Assembly: GCA_965601925.1 (NCBI GenBank)
Contig: OZ271854.1
Coordinates: forward strand, 1,632,001 to 1,696,000
Source: Alkalispirochaeta sp.
GTDB taxonomy: Bacteria > Spirochaetota > Spirochaetia > DSM-27196 > Alkalispirochaetaceae
DNA length: 64,000 nt
Reading direction: 5' to 3'
In this document: piece after piece, positions 8,271-18,124 of the stretch
How positions within the stretch are numbered: the stretch's first letter is position 1
Layout of the letters: each line of letters starts with the position of its first letter
Translations under genes and position numbers: made by a program
Notes under the pieces: model-generated
Told to the model about the DNA's origin: nothing
What the model saw: the letters and a program-made list of their open reading frames with translations, nothing else
Database searches by the model: none

Positions 8271-9473
8271 ATGCGGCGCATGGATATGGCCCACGAACAG
8301 AGAAATCGCCATCGACACGACAATACGATTCGCGTTCTTGAGGCGTTATGGCGCCATACCGGTGTGAGTCGCGCCGAGTTGGCGCGTGCGCTCAGGCTCG
8401 ACCGCTCGACTATCGGTTCTATCGTCGAACAGCTGCTCTCACTGCGTCTCGTTACCGAGTTTGATACGCCGATCCCTTCGCATAACACCAGAGGTGCCGT
8501 CGGCGGGAGGCCTCCCGTCTCCCTCGCCATTGCGCCGGATTGCGGCTTCTCGATCGGTATCGAACTCTCGTCGCGGCTGATCACCGTGGTCGCCACCGAC
8601 TTAGGCGGCACCGTTGTCGGGCAGCGAAATGTACCGTTTAAGAGCACGAGCCGTCTTTCCGAGTCGGTTATCGAGGCGATTCGCGCTCTTACGACCGAGA
8701 CGAGTCGTCGTTTTTCCGCCGGGCCGCTCGCCGTTGCCGTCGGCGTGCCGGGAATTGTCGATGCTCACGGAGAGGCGATTGTCCTCTCTCGGGAACTCAA
8801 CGTCACCGAGAAGACACCTCTGGCGTCCCACGTGTCCGCGGAGCTTGGCGTTCCCGTGTGGCTTCTCAACGATGCCGATGCGTGTGCGGTCGGTGAGATC
8901 GAGTACGGCGATGCAGGTAGAGGGCGCGACATGCTCTTCGTTTTGGTTCGTTATCGGGCCGAACCCATCACGGTACACGCCGGTCTGGGTGTCGTGCTCG
9001 ACGGTCACCTGCGAGAGGCTCGCACCGGTGCCGGTAGAGAGTTTCGTTCTCCGTTCGTCTCGCGGAGCTCCATGGACCAGTTTGCCGTCACTGAACGATA
9101 TCGGTCGGGGCGGCTCGACTCCGGCGAACCGCTCGAGGAGGCCTTTGCCGACGAGCTTGCGGCATCAATCTCGTTTCTGGTCCACGCTCTCGATTTGAGA
9201 CGAATCGTCTTGGGAGGCGACGTGATAGAGGGCGAGCTCGACTATCGTCTTTTCGACTCCCGTCTTCGTCGCCGAGTGAGTCGTGATACCGCGCGCGTCG
9301 ACGACCAACCGCTTGAAGTACGACGCCCCACGCAGCCCGAGTATTCCGTCGCCTGGGGCGCGTCGGCCGTCGCGATCCGACGCTTGTTCGAGACGCGGCG
9401 GTTCCCCGTGAGATATCCATCGGTCGCGCCGTTGGCGCGTCGCAAAGTCACCCAAGGAGGTACACAATCGTGA
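8271..9473 (+). CDS. ROK family transcriptional regulator (NagC/XylR-like)
   Basis: HTH SRAELARALRLDRSTI, GGRPP linker, GVPGIVD and NDADACAVGE. Start is 8271, 8280 or 8286. Confidence 0.9.
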   Translation: MRRMDMAHEQRNRHRHDNTIRVLEALWRHTGVSRAELARALRLDRSTIGSIVEQLLSLRLVTEFDTPIPSHNTRGAVGGRPPVSLAIAPDCGFSIGIELSSRLITVVATDLGGTVVGQRNVPFKSTSRLSESVIEAIRALTTETSRRFSAGPLAVAVGVPGIVDAHGEAIVLSRELNVTEKTPLASHVSAELGVPVWLLNDADACAVGEIEYGDAGRGRDMLFVLVRYRAEPITVHAGLGVVLDGHLREARTGAGREFRSPFVSRSSMDQFAVTERYRSGRLDSGEPLEEAFADELAASISFLVHALDLRRIVLGGDVIEGELDYRLFDSRLRRRVSRDTARVDDQPLEVRRPTQPEYSVAWGASAVAIRRLFETRRFPVRYPSVAPLARRKVTQGGTQS

Positions 9474-10708
9474 AACGAGTTGTGTTGTTTGTGCTGGCGA
9501 TCATGGTGATGACTACTTCAGCGAGCGTCGTCTTCGCCGGAGGATCGCAAGAGGAGACGAGGCCCGAGCGGCTCGTCTATTTGACGCCGCCGTGGGGCGC
9601 GCCGTCTGACGAGGTCGTCGCCGCCTTCGAGGCGGAGACCGGTATCGAGTTGGAAGTCGCGACGGTCGATATCGACGCCGGCCGTAATCGCGTGCTCACC
9701 GCCGCCGCGGGTCGCACCGGCGCCGCCGACGTCATGTTCGTAAGTGCCGATACGTACGCCGCGTTTCGCAGTGCAGGCGCGATCGCTCCGCTGGGCGACC
9801 TGGCGTCTCAGGCGATGCTGGATACGTTGACCGGCGTCGATCAGTTCGTCATCGAAGACGAGTTGTGGGCCGTGCCGCTGTATCAGCAGATGGTTATGCT
9901 CAACTACGATTCGAGCGCCCTCGAGGCGATCGGGTTGAGCGCCGACGACATTCGCGACTGGGACGATTTTGAGGCGGCGCTCGCCACCTTCAAGGAACGG
10001 GGGGTATACGAGTATCCGTACGCCGCCGGTATTCGGCCGTGGACGTGGTATCTCACCGCCCTCTCAAGCGGATCCGCGCTCTTCGATGCGAACAACGAGC
10101 CGCTCTTTGACGACCCGGCCGATCCGGCCTACGCCGCCTTTGTGCGTGTCCTGGGTTTCTTCGATCAGGGATTCATCTCTCCCGAACGACTCTCGTCGGC
10201 CAATCCGCATCCGAGCTTTTGGGCGGGACAAGCGGCTTTTCACCAGGCGTGGCAGGGTGCCTTGGCCATCGCCAACGATCCGGAACGCAGCCAGGTGGCG
10301 CCCAACGTCGATTATCTGTTGCTTCCCGAGGAGCACTCGACCTGGTTGCTTCCCGCCGGACTCACGGTGAGCGCGTACACCGACTACCCGGAAGCTTCGA
10401 TGGAGTTGATCGAGTTTCTCACGCAAGACCTTATGCAACGGCACCTGTTTGACGCCAACGGTCTCTTTCCCGCCAACACCGATGTGTTTGACGCACTCGG
10501 GGACGCCGGCGAGATCGAAGGATTCGCAGTAATGGCCGAGCAGTCGCGACACCTGACCTCCCTTCCCTACGACCAACCCTGGTACATCGAGTTTGAAAAA
10601 GAGGCGGAACAGACGATGTTGCGCGTGGCCCGCGGCGAACAGACCGCCCCGGACGCCTTGGCGTACCTCGGCGAGTTCGCCCGCGGCCTCAAGGCGGAGT
10701 ACGAGTAA
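9470..10708 (+). CDS. Sugar ABC transporter substrate-binding protein (CUT1)
   Basis: Signal peptide ending VVFAGGSQEE; AFEAETGIELEV; LWAVPLY; AAGGAGG SD. Confidence 0.9.
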   Translation: MKRVVLFVLAIMVMTTSASVVFAGGSQEETRPERLVYLTPPWGAPSDEVVAAFEAETGIELEVATVDIDAGRNRVLTAAAGRTGAADVMFVSADTYAAFRSAGAIAPLGDLASQAMLDTLTGVDQFVIEDELWAVPLYQQMVMLNYDSSALEAIGLSADDIRDWDDFEAALATFKERGVYEYPYAAGIRPWTWYLTALSSGSALFDANNEPLFDDPADPAYAAFVRVLGFFDQGFISPERLSSANPHPSFWAGQAAFHQAWQGALAIANDPERSQVAPNVDYLLLPEEHSTWLLPAGLTVSAYTDYPEASMELIEFLTQDLMQRHLFDANGLFPANTDVFDALGDAGEIEGFAVMAEQSRHLTSLPYDQPWYIEFEKEAEQTMLRVARGEQTAPDALAYLGEFARGLKAEYE

Positions 10709-10709
10709 C

Positions 10710-11636
10710 GTGTCCGATCCCAAGGCCCCCGGGACGCGTCCCGGGGGCTCCCTGCTTGCGCGCCGCCTCGATAACGAGCGTGTCCTTGCGTACGCGATTC
10801 TCGTCCCGACGATCACGCTCGTGGTCGTCTTCGGTCACGTGCCGGCGCTGTCGAGCCTCCGTCTCGCCTTTATGCGCTTCAACATCCTGCAGCCCGGGCG
10901 CACCGCCTTCGTCGGACTGGAAAACTTCGCGTACGTTCTCACCGATCCCGACTTTCACGCCGCGCTCCTGCGCGTCGCCTGGTTCATTCTCCTCGGATTG
11001 GTTCTCGTGCTCGGTGTTGCGCTTTTGTTCGCCCTCGTACTGAATGAGAACTTCCGTGGACGGGGGCTGATTCGAACGATCGTGATCCTCCCCTGGGCGA
11101 TTCCCCCGGTGGTGTCCGGACACATGTGGAAGTGGATCTTCAACGGTGAATACGGCGCCTTCAACGGATTGCTCCTTCAACTGGGAGTTATCGACGAGTA
11201 TCAGTTTTGGCTCTCCGAGCCCTTGGCCGCGCTCAGCGCCGCTTCATTCGTCTTCGTTTGGCGGTATGTGCCCTTCGTTACCGTGCTGTTTCTCGGTGTA
11301 TTGCAGTCTATTCCGGCCGAACTGTACGAGAGCGCCGCGGTGGACGGTGCGGGGCCGCTCAGACGGTTCCTGTTCATAACCGTGCCGCAACTTGCCGCAG
11401 TCGGAGCCATTGCGATCGTGCTTACCGTCATAACGTCGTTCAATGTGTTCGACGAGATCTTTGCATTGACCGGTCCGCAAGAGGTGACGCGTACGCCGAT
11501 GATCTACAACTATGAGACGACCTTCATCCAGGGACGCTTCGGTCGCGGCGCAGCGATGGCGTATCTCACGGGGCTGGTACTGTTTGCCTTCTCCATCATC
11601 TATATGCGTCTCTCCCTCAAGGAGAGCGACCTATGA
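10710..11636 (+). CDS. Sugar ABC transporter permease (MalF-like)
   Basis: FVGLENF, LPWAIPPVV and EAA loop ELYESAAVDGA; multiple TM segments. Confidence 0.93.
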   Translation: MSDPKAPGTRPGGSLLARRLDNERVLAYAILVPTITLVVVFGHVPALSSLRLAFMRFNILQPGRTAFVGLENFAYVLTDPDFHAALLRVAWFILLGLVLVLGVALLFALVLNENFRGRGLIRTIVILPWAIPPVVSGHMWKWIFNGEYGAFNGLLLQLGVIDEYQFWLSEPLAALSAASFVFVWRYVPFVTVLFLGVLQSIPAELYESAAVDGAGPLRRFLFITVPQLAAVGAIAIVLTVITSFNVFDEIFALTGPQEVTRTPMIYNYETTFIQGRFGRGAAMAYLTGLVLFAFSIIYMRLSLKESDL

Positions 11637-12511
11637 GCCGGGTCTCGACGCTCCGCCGTAAGAATCGACCCTGGCATTACGTCGCCGGCGCGGTGCTGGT
11701 GCTGTGGAGTCTCCTGCCGATTGTATGGATTTTCGTCTCCTCGATCTCCACGAGGGCCGAGCTCTACTCAGTTCCCCCCAACTGGATACCGCAGTCCCCG
11801 ACCTTCGAGGCGTATCGGACCGTGCTCTTCCGGGGCGAGGGATTTCGCGGTGGCGAGGGGCAGGCGGCGTCCCAGCTCATTCGGGCCGGTATTCGCAATT
11901 CCTTGATCATCGCCGTCTCGACGACCGCACTGGTCATGGGAATCGCCCCCCTGTTGGGCTACACTTTCGGACGTCTCCGCTTCCCCGGACGACGGTTTTT
12001 CTTCTTTTTCGTTCTCGCTCTCATCGCGCTGCCGGGATGGCCCATTATCATCGGACTCTTTCCGATGATGGCGCAGTTGCAGCTCCTCGATACTCGGTTC
12101 GGCCTGATTCTACTACTCTTCACCTACCGAATTCCCTTCGAGATGTGGTTCATGACCGGGTACTTCCGGCAGGTGCCGAGAGAGATCGAGGAAGCGGCAC
12201 GTGTCGACGGCTGTACGCGGCTCCAGGCGCTGTATCGCATCATCATCTTTATCGTGCAGCCCGGTATTATCGCCGTCTCGATAATCAGCTTTCTCCACAG
12301 TTGGAACTTCTTTCTGGTTCCCTTGATCATGGCGTACACGCTCAGGAGTAAGCCGCTGACGGTGACGATCACCGAATTTGTCGGACAGTTCTTTGTGCAA
12401 TGGGATTTGATGTCTGCAGCGACCATCATCGCGATCGTGCCGCCTCTCATCATGGTATTCGTGTTCCAGCGCTACATCGTGAAGGGTCTCTCCGCCGGCG
12501 CGATCAAATAA
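11633..12511 (+). CDS. Sugar ABC transporter permease (MalG-like)
   Basis: EAA loop EIEEAARVDGC, SWNFFL and FQRYIVKGLSAGAIK. Confidence 0.93.
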   Translation: MSRVSTLRRKNRPWHYVAGAVLVLWSLLPIVWIFVSSISTRAELYSVPPNWIPQSPTFEAYRTVLFRGEGFRGGEGQAASQLIRAGIRNSLIIAVSTTALVMGIAPLLGYTFGRLRFPGRRFFFFFVLALIALPGWPIIIGLFPMMAQLQLLDTRFGLILLLFTYRIPFEMWFMTGYFRQVPREIEEAARVDGCTRLQALYRIIIFIVQPGIIAVSIISFLHSWNFFLVPLIMAYTLRSKPLTVTITEFVGQFFVQWDLMSAATIIAIVPPLIMVFVFQRYIVKGLSAGAIK

Positions 12512-12531
12512 TTTCTTGTTCGGAGGATAGT

Positions 12532-14502
12532 GTGAGCGCTCATTCACAAACCTTGTACGACCTTGCCGTTCGTATGGCCCCGGTTCCGCATAGCGTTCGA
12601 AACGGTGCGGCCGACGCCTATTACAGGGGACCGTTTCCCTCGTCCGACGAGTTGGCGGCCTATCGGGTCGGGGACCGGCTACCCGCACCGTTCGCCGACG
12701 CCGGCGCGCTTACCGTCGATATCGCGGACGATACGGTGAGCGAGGCGTTCCGAATCGAGATTGACGAGAAGACTATAGCCGTCTCCGCCGCGGGCGCTAC
12801 CGGACGGTTCTACGCGGTGGGCGCGGTGCGTCAACTCATGACGATTGCGCAAAGCGGTCGATCAAAGGGTAACGTGCGCCTTCCCTGCGGCACGCTGACC
12901 GACAGGCCCGAGCTCGGCGACCGTGGATTCATGCTCGACGTGAGCCGCAATCGCGTTCCCACCCGCGAGACCTTGGTGGAGCTGCTCGATCTCCTGGCAA
13001 TGGTGCGCTACAACCATTTGGAGCTCTACTTCGAGCACGTCTTCGCCTATCGCGACCACGAAGAGGTATGGCGGGAGACCGGCACCGTTACGGCCGAGGA
13101 CATCCGCTGGCTCGACCGCGAGTGCTCCTCGCGCGGTATCGAACTCGTGCCGAACCAGAACAGCTTCGGCCACCTCGTCGGCTGGTTGCGCCACGAGCGC
13201 TACCGCTCTCTCGCCGAGGCGCCCGACGGTTTCTCGGACCCGTGGGGAAACCACTACGACCACCCCTTCTCTTTGTGCCCCGTCGAGCCCGCCGTTCCCG
13301 GATTCTTGGCGGAGCTGTACGACGAGCTGTTGCCGAACTTCAGGAGTCGGCGGTTTAACGTCGGGCTCGACGAGACGTTTGATCTGGGGCAAGGGCGCAG
13401 CGCGGAACGCATTGCGGAGCTCGCGGCCGTCGAACGGAATGCGCATCCCGAGATCGACGACGACACTGCGCGCCACCGGGCTACCGGACGCGTATACCTG
13501 GAGATGCTGCGGGCCGTCCACGCTCTCGTGGCGGAGCGCGGGCGACAGATGTACTTCTGGGGCGATATCATCCAGAATCACCCCGAGCTGGTCGGCGAAC
13601 TTCCCGGCGACGTCGTCGCCGTAGAGTGGGGATACGAGGCCGACCACGATTTCGATGCGCGGTGCGGTCGATTACGAGCGGCTAACGTTCCCTTTTTGGT
13701 GGCGCCCGGTACCTCCGCGTGGAACAGCGCCGGCGGGCGATTCGATACGGCGCGCGTCAATATCCGCAGTGCAGTGGATGCTGCTCACCGGTACGGCGGC
13801 CGGGGCGTGCTGATGACCGATTGGGGCGATAACGGTGACCTTGCCCCGGCGACGGTTGCACTCCCGGCCCTCGTACTCGCCGGGTGCCTGTCCTGGAATC
13901 CGCGCGGTGCGGCGACGCAGGAGACCGTCTCTTCCGCCGGCGATACCGGGTATGTGGAGCCCGATGCATTCGAATGGTTGCGGCTCCACCTGTTTAGCGA
14001 CGAAGACGGCTCACTTACCGCGGCGCTACGTCTGCTCAACACGCTCGATGAGCCCAACGGCGCGCAGAGGATTCACAACGCGTCAATCCTCGCGGTCGCA
14101 CTGCTCACCTTCGATTTGCCCTCGTACGGAAGCGCCGTGGCCGAGTTCGACCCTGCCGTCATAGATGCGCTCCATATGCGCGCTTATGAGGCGCGCTCGC
14201 TCCTCGTCGGCGATCCGTCGGGAGAAGGGGATATGGCGTCCGCCGGGACCGATGCGGTCACTCATTTCCGCGAGGAACTCGTCTTTGCCTGCGATCTTGC
14301 CTTGTACGCCGTCGAGATACTGCGCATTCGCAGCGGTGAAACGACCGCAGGCGGTAATCTTGCCGCGCGAATAGACGAACTCGACGACCGATTCTCGCAG
14401 TTGTGGTCGGCGCGCTATCGCCCCGGGGGCCTCGACGACAGCCGTCGATGGTTGAGAAAGGCGGCGCGCGATCTCGGATTCGACGGGGAGCGGTCGTCGT
14501 GA
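12532..14502 (+). CDS. Glycoside hydrolase family 20 beta-N-acetylhexosaminidase
   Basis: DRPELGDRGFMLDVSR, LVPNQNSFGH, catalytic GLDET, FWGDII and TDWGDNG; GTG 12532 after GGAGGA SD; no signal peptide. Confidence 0.88.
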   Translation: MSAHSQTLYDLAVRMAPVPHSVRNGAADAYYRGPFPSSDELAAYRVGDRLPAPFADAGALTVDIADDTVSEAFRIEIDEKTIAVSAAGATGRFYAVGAVRQLMTIAQSGRSKGNVRLPCGTLTDRPELGDRGFMLDVSRNRVPTRETLVELLDLLAMVRYNHLELYFEHVFAYRDHEEVWRETGTVTAEDIRWLDRECSSRGIELVPNQNSFGHLVGWLRHERYRSLAEAPDGFSDPWGNHYDHPFSLCPVEPAVPGFLAELYDELLPNFRSRRFNVGLDETFDLGQGRSAERIAELAAVERNAHPEIDDDTARHRATGRVYLEMLRAVHALVAERGRQMYFWGDIIQNHPELVGELPGDVVAVEWGYEADHDFDARCGRLRAANVPFLVAPGTSAWNSAGGRFDTARVNIRSAVDAAHRYGGRGVLMTDWGDNGDLAPATVALPALVLAGCLSWNPRGAATQETVSSAGDTGYVEPDAFEWLRLHLFSDEDGSLTAALRLLNTLDEPNGAQRIHNASILAVALLTFDLPSYGSAVAEFDPAVIDALHMRAYEARSLLVGDPSGEGDMASAGTDAVTHFREELVFACDLALYAVEILRIRSGETTAGGNLAARIDELDDRFSQLWSARYRPGGLDDSRRWLRKAARDLGFDGERSS

Positions 14503-15977
14503 GCGATGTGCGATTTCGTTTCGGACTCGAGACGCTCCTTGAACAGCCGGCGGACGCGTCGATCTATCGTGCCGGGTATTCGTTCACCGAAGAACCGGCG
14601 TCCGACGGCATCGGGAAGACGCGCGCCGACGACCCGACTCGAGCCGTTTCCGGGAACGCGGCCGGCGCTGCGCAGTATCGAACCGAACGGGTCGGCGGAC
14701 TCTCGCCGCTCCTCGCGGGAAAGCGAGTAGCGGTTCTCTCACATCCCGCCGGCGTAGATGAGAATCTCACACCCGGCATCGATCGCATCGAGTCGTGGCT
14801 CGCCGGGCGCGATCGGGTCGGTGCGGCACCGCCTTCCGGCGCTCGCCTTGCCGCCCTTCTCGGTCCGCAACACGGTCTCCGCGGCGAGAAACAGGACAAC
14901 ATGGTCGAGAGCGAGGACTATACCGACCCTGCTACCGGGTTACCCACCTTCAGCCTGTACGGCACGACGCGGCGTATCGCCGATGCGACGGCCGGTACGT
15001 TCGACATACTCCTCGTCGATCTGCAGGACGTGGGGGTACGCGTCTACACCTTTCTCACCACTCTCGCCTATATCCTGGAGGACTTGGCCGTGCGTCCCGA
15101 CAAGGAGGTCTGGGTGCTCGACCGGCCCAACCCCACCGGACGGCTCGTTGAGGGGCTGTCGCTGGAATCCGGCCACGAGAGTTTCGTAGGAGTCGCGTCG
15201 ATCCCCATGCAGCACGGGCTCACCCTGGGTGAGTTCGCTCTGTGGTATCGCGATACGCGACGACTTGCGACGCGTCTGACCGTCGTCCCGATGACCGGCT
15301 GGAATCCCGCCGATCCCCGAGACGCCTGGCCGGCAGATCGAGTGTGGGTACCGCCGAGTCCCAACATGCCGGGTCTGTATACCGCTCGGGCGTACGCCGG
15401 TACCGTTGTGCTCGAGGGGACGACGCTGTCGGAGGGACGCGGCACGACCCGCCCTCTTTCGGTCATGGGACATCCGGACGTCGATTGGGTGGCCGTCCTC
15501 GATTGGGTGCGGTCGAGTACGTCGGAACACAGCAGCGTCGAGCCGGTCGTGTCATCGCCGGGCCGCCGCAGTGACCTCTACGGAGCCGCGGAACCGGGGA
15601 CTCATCACGCCCTTTCCGGGTGCCGCGTTCGTCGCCTTACCTTTCAGCCGACGTTCCACAAGCATGCACGTGTACCCACCGGCGGGATCGAACTCGTTAC
15701 CGAAGGCCGGTTCTGGGAACCGGAGTACTTTCGCCCGTATCGTCTCGTTGCGGCCGTCCTCAAAGCGATACGAACGCTCCATCCCGATATCGCGTTGTGG
15801 AGCTCCCCGCCGTATGAGTATGAGTTTGAGCGCGTTCCCGTGGATGTGATCACCGGCGGAACGCGATTCCGCGAGTGGGTGGAAGGGACGACGACCATCT
15901 GGGCCGACCTATGCGAGGCGTTGAACGCGGAAGAGGCGGCGTGGCGCGTCGAGAGCCGCCGATGGTGGCTGTATTAA
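14499..15977 (+). CDS. namZ: Exo-beta-N-acetylmuramidase NamZ family (DUF1343/GH171)
   Basis: GPQHGLRG, SLYG, DLQDVGVRVYTF, LDRPNP, HGLTLGE, WVPPSPNMP and SEGRGTTRP; GTGA overlap with the GH20 stop. Confidence 0.88.
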   Translation: MSDVRFRFGLETLLEQPADASIYRAGYSFTEEPASDGIGKTRADDPTRAVSGNAAGAAQYRTERVGGLSPLLAGKRVAVLSHPAGVDENLTPGIDRIESWLAGRDRVGAAPPSGARLAALLGPQHGLRGEKQDNMVESEDYTDPATGLPTFSLYGTTRRIADATAGTFDILLVDLQDVGVRVYTFLTTLAYILEDLAVRPDKEVWVLDRPNPTGRLVEGLSLESGHESFVGVASIPMQHGLTLGEFALWYRDTRRLATRLTVVPMTGWNPADPRDAWPADRVWVPPSPNMPGLYTARAYAGTVVLEGTTLSEGRGTTRPLSVMGHPDVDWVAVLDWVRSSTSEHSSVEPVVSSPGRRSDLYGAAEPGTHHALSGCRVRRLTFQPTFHKHARVPTGGIELVTEGRFWEPEYFRPYRLVAAVLKAIRTLHPDIALWSSPPYEYEFERVPVDVITGGTRFREWVEGTTTIWADLCEALNAEEAAWRVESRRWWLY

Positions 15978-16207
15978 GAGCGAGCGTCTCCCGGTTACCC
16001 GAGCTTAGATCCTACATTCTTCGTGCATCGGAAGATGTACGCGCATTCAGCTATTGCAAATGCGACACCCACGGCGATCGCACGTTATTTCTATGGCTAC
16101 AACGATGTCATATCTATCGCCTACGGGGACGGTCGGCGCGTCTCCTGCACACGGGAACATTGCGCCCCCGATTCACCGGCGGTGCGCCGTCGAGGACGGC
16201 TCTGAGC

Positions 16208-16579
16208 TTACCGATTTCGATCTATTGTAATCGTCTGTACGCGTAATCTTTCACCATCACGAGCCATTTCGTGCTCCGTCGTTCGTACGAGGTCGCCTTC
16301 CAGGATCCGAAGACTTCGCGCCAACGCGGCAGGTATCTCCACGTACACCGTCGCCCCGTCCGGCTGGCGTACGGTCAACTCGAGCGCGCCGTCGGCCAGC
16401 GTCGCTACCGCCACCACCTCACCCGATAGCGGGCCGGTAGCGCGCTGGCGCACGCCGTCGGCCGCATCGTCACGTTCTCGTGCACCGCCGGCCGACGCCG
16501 GTGCTATACCTATCAGCATCATAGCCGCTATCGTTACCACCGTCAGAAGTATTCCGATCGCGCGGTATCCGTGGTTCAT
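16208..16579 (-). CDS. Small exported hypothetical protein
   Basis: Hydrophobic signal peptide ending ASAGGARE; beta-rich remainder. Confidence 0.6.
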   Translation of the reverse strand: MNHGYRAIGILLTVVTIAAMMLIGIAPASAGGARERDDAADGVRQRATGPLSGEVVAVATLADGALELTVRQPDGATVYVEIPAALARSLRILEGDLVRTTEHEMARDGERLRVQTITIDRNR

Positions 16580-16732
16580 GTTCTCATTCATGCACGAAAA
16601 GCATAGACCACCGGCGCGGGAAAAACCATCCGGTTCCACCGGTCATGACGAATCGTATGGAGTGTTACCGCGACGACTTCCTTTCAAGGTTCCCTTGCAT
16701 TCAACGGTAAAACACTGCACAGTGTCTTAAGC

Positions 16733-17821
16733 ATGACCGGTAGTAACTCCTCTCTTTCAGGCGCGGGCTCTTCCGCGTCCGAACGTTCGCCGATAGCCGT
16801 GTTCGGTATCGGAAATCCGCTCATCGATGTGGTGATTCAAGCCCGCGACGAGGACCTCACGGCGCTCTCCCTGGACAAGGGGATTATGCACCTGGTTACC
16901 GGTGAGCGACAGCAAGAGATCCTTACGTATTTCGGCGACGCCGAGCGTACCCTCCTTCCCGGAGGGTCGGCTCCCAATACGCTCATCGCCCTGGCGGGAC
17001 TCGGTGTTCCGGCCGTCGTCTGCGGCAAAATAGGCGACGATGATTTCGGGAAGACCTACAACGAACAAGTTGCCTCCTACGGCATCACCTCCCGGCTCAT
17101 AACGGGCGACGGTGCCACCGGCTCGAGCATCATTCTCGTCACTCCCGACGGCGAACGAACGATGAACACCCACTTGGGAATGTGTCAGGAGTTCGGCGTC
17201 GGAGACCTCGACGAGGCGCTTCTTCGCCGATCGCAATATCTCTATTTCACGGGGTACATGTGGGATACTGAGGTGCAGAAGGCGGCAATCCGACGCGCCA
17301 TAGAGGTCGCCCACGACTCGGGTGTCACGATCGCCTTCGATCTGGCGGATCCGTTCGCTGTAGAACGCTACCGCGACGATTTCCTGGACCTGCTGGAGCA
17401 TAGCGTCGACATCGTGTTCGCCAATCGCGCGGAGGCTCGCATTCTCTACGGAACGGAGGATTCCCACGAAGCGGTGCGGGCACTGTGTCGATCGACTGCC
17501 ATCGCAGTCCTCAAAGTCGGCAGGGATGGGTCGGTTGTGGCGGAACGGACGCTCGGCGCACGAAGTGGGAGTTCGTCATCGGACGTGCCCGTTATCACTT
17601 CGGTCCAGGGGCGGCCGATACAGGCGGTCGACTCCACCGGTGCGGGAGACATGTTCGCCGCCGGCTTTCTTTCGGCGTTGGCGCGTGGAAAAGGAGCGGT
17701 AGCGGCCGCTCGATCAGCAGGATGGCTCGCCGAGGAGATCATTCAACGGGTAGGGGCCCAGTTTTCGGTGGAGCACATTCGTGCGTTGCGAGCCGAAATA
17801 GATGCGGCAATCGCTCGCTAG
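16733..17821 (+). CDS. PfkB family carbohydrate/adenosine kinase
   Basis: GIGNPLID, PGGSAPNT, ERTMNTHLG and PfkB signature DSTGAGDMFAAGF. Confidence 0.92.
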   Translation: MTGSNSSLSGAGSSASERSPIAVFGIGNPLIDVVIQARDEDLTALSLDKGIMHLVTGERQQEILTYFGDAERTLLPGGSAPNTLIALAGLGVPAVVCGKIGDDDFGKTYNEQVASYGITSRLITGDGATGSSIILVTPDGERTMNTHLGMCQEFGVGDLDEALLRRSQYLYFTGYMWDTEVQKAAIRRAIEVAHDSGVTIAFDLADPFAVERYRDDFLDLLEHSVDIVFANRAEARILYGTEDSHEAVRALCRSTAIAVLKVGRDGSVVAERTLGARSGSSSSDVPVITSVQGRPIQAVDSTGAGDMFAAGFLSALARGKGAVAAARSAGWLAEEIIQRVGAQFSVEHIRALRAEIDAAIAR

Positions 17822-18049
17822 ATTTCCACCGCTCGAGTACACGGTGTTTCGGAATGATAGTACTGGGGAGCTACTCGCCCACGGCGATTTCCGTTCCGCC
17901 GGTGGTTTTCCGGAAAGGGGTCTTCGTGACCGCTGGATGTGAGGTCTTGTTTGGAAGGGATGAGGGCGCTCCGATCACCGGAATGACGTCGGAAGACGTG
18001 CATAAACATATGTATAGATAATGCATCGGTAAAAAAAGACGATGTGTGC

Positions 18050-18124
18050 GTTCATACCTTGAACAATACTCGCGGAACGATATACTCGAAGGCGAATACA
18101 GTTCAGTGTTCAATGTTTGAACAC
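18050..18124 (+). promoter_or_regulatory. Promoter with two palindromic operators upstream of the polysaccharide locus
   Basis: TTGAAC(18059)-16 nt-TATACT(18081). GTTCA-tacct-TGAAC (18050-18064) overlaps the -35, and GTGTTCAA-tgt-TTGAACAC lies at 18106-18124. Confidence 0.6.

Noticed and set aside
15978..16207. Short hairpins between convergent namZ and the hypothetical gene
   Set aside because: Weak stems without U-tracts; cannot call a terminator or ncRNA.
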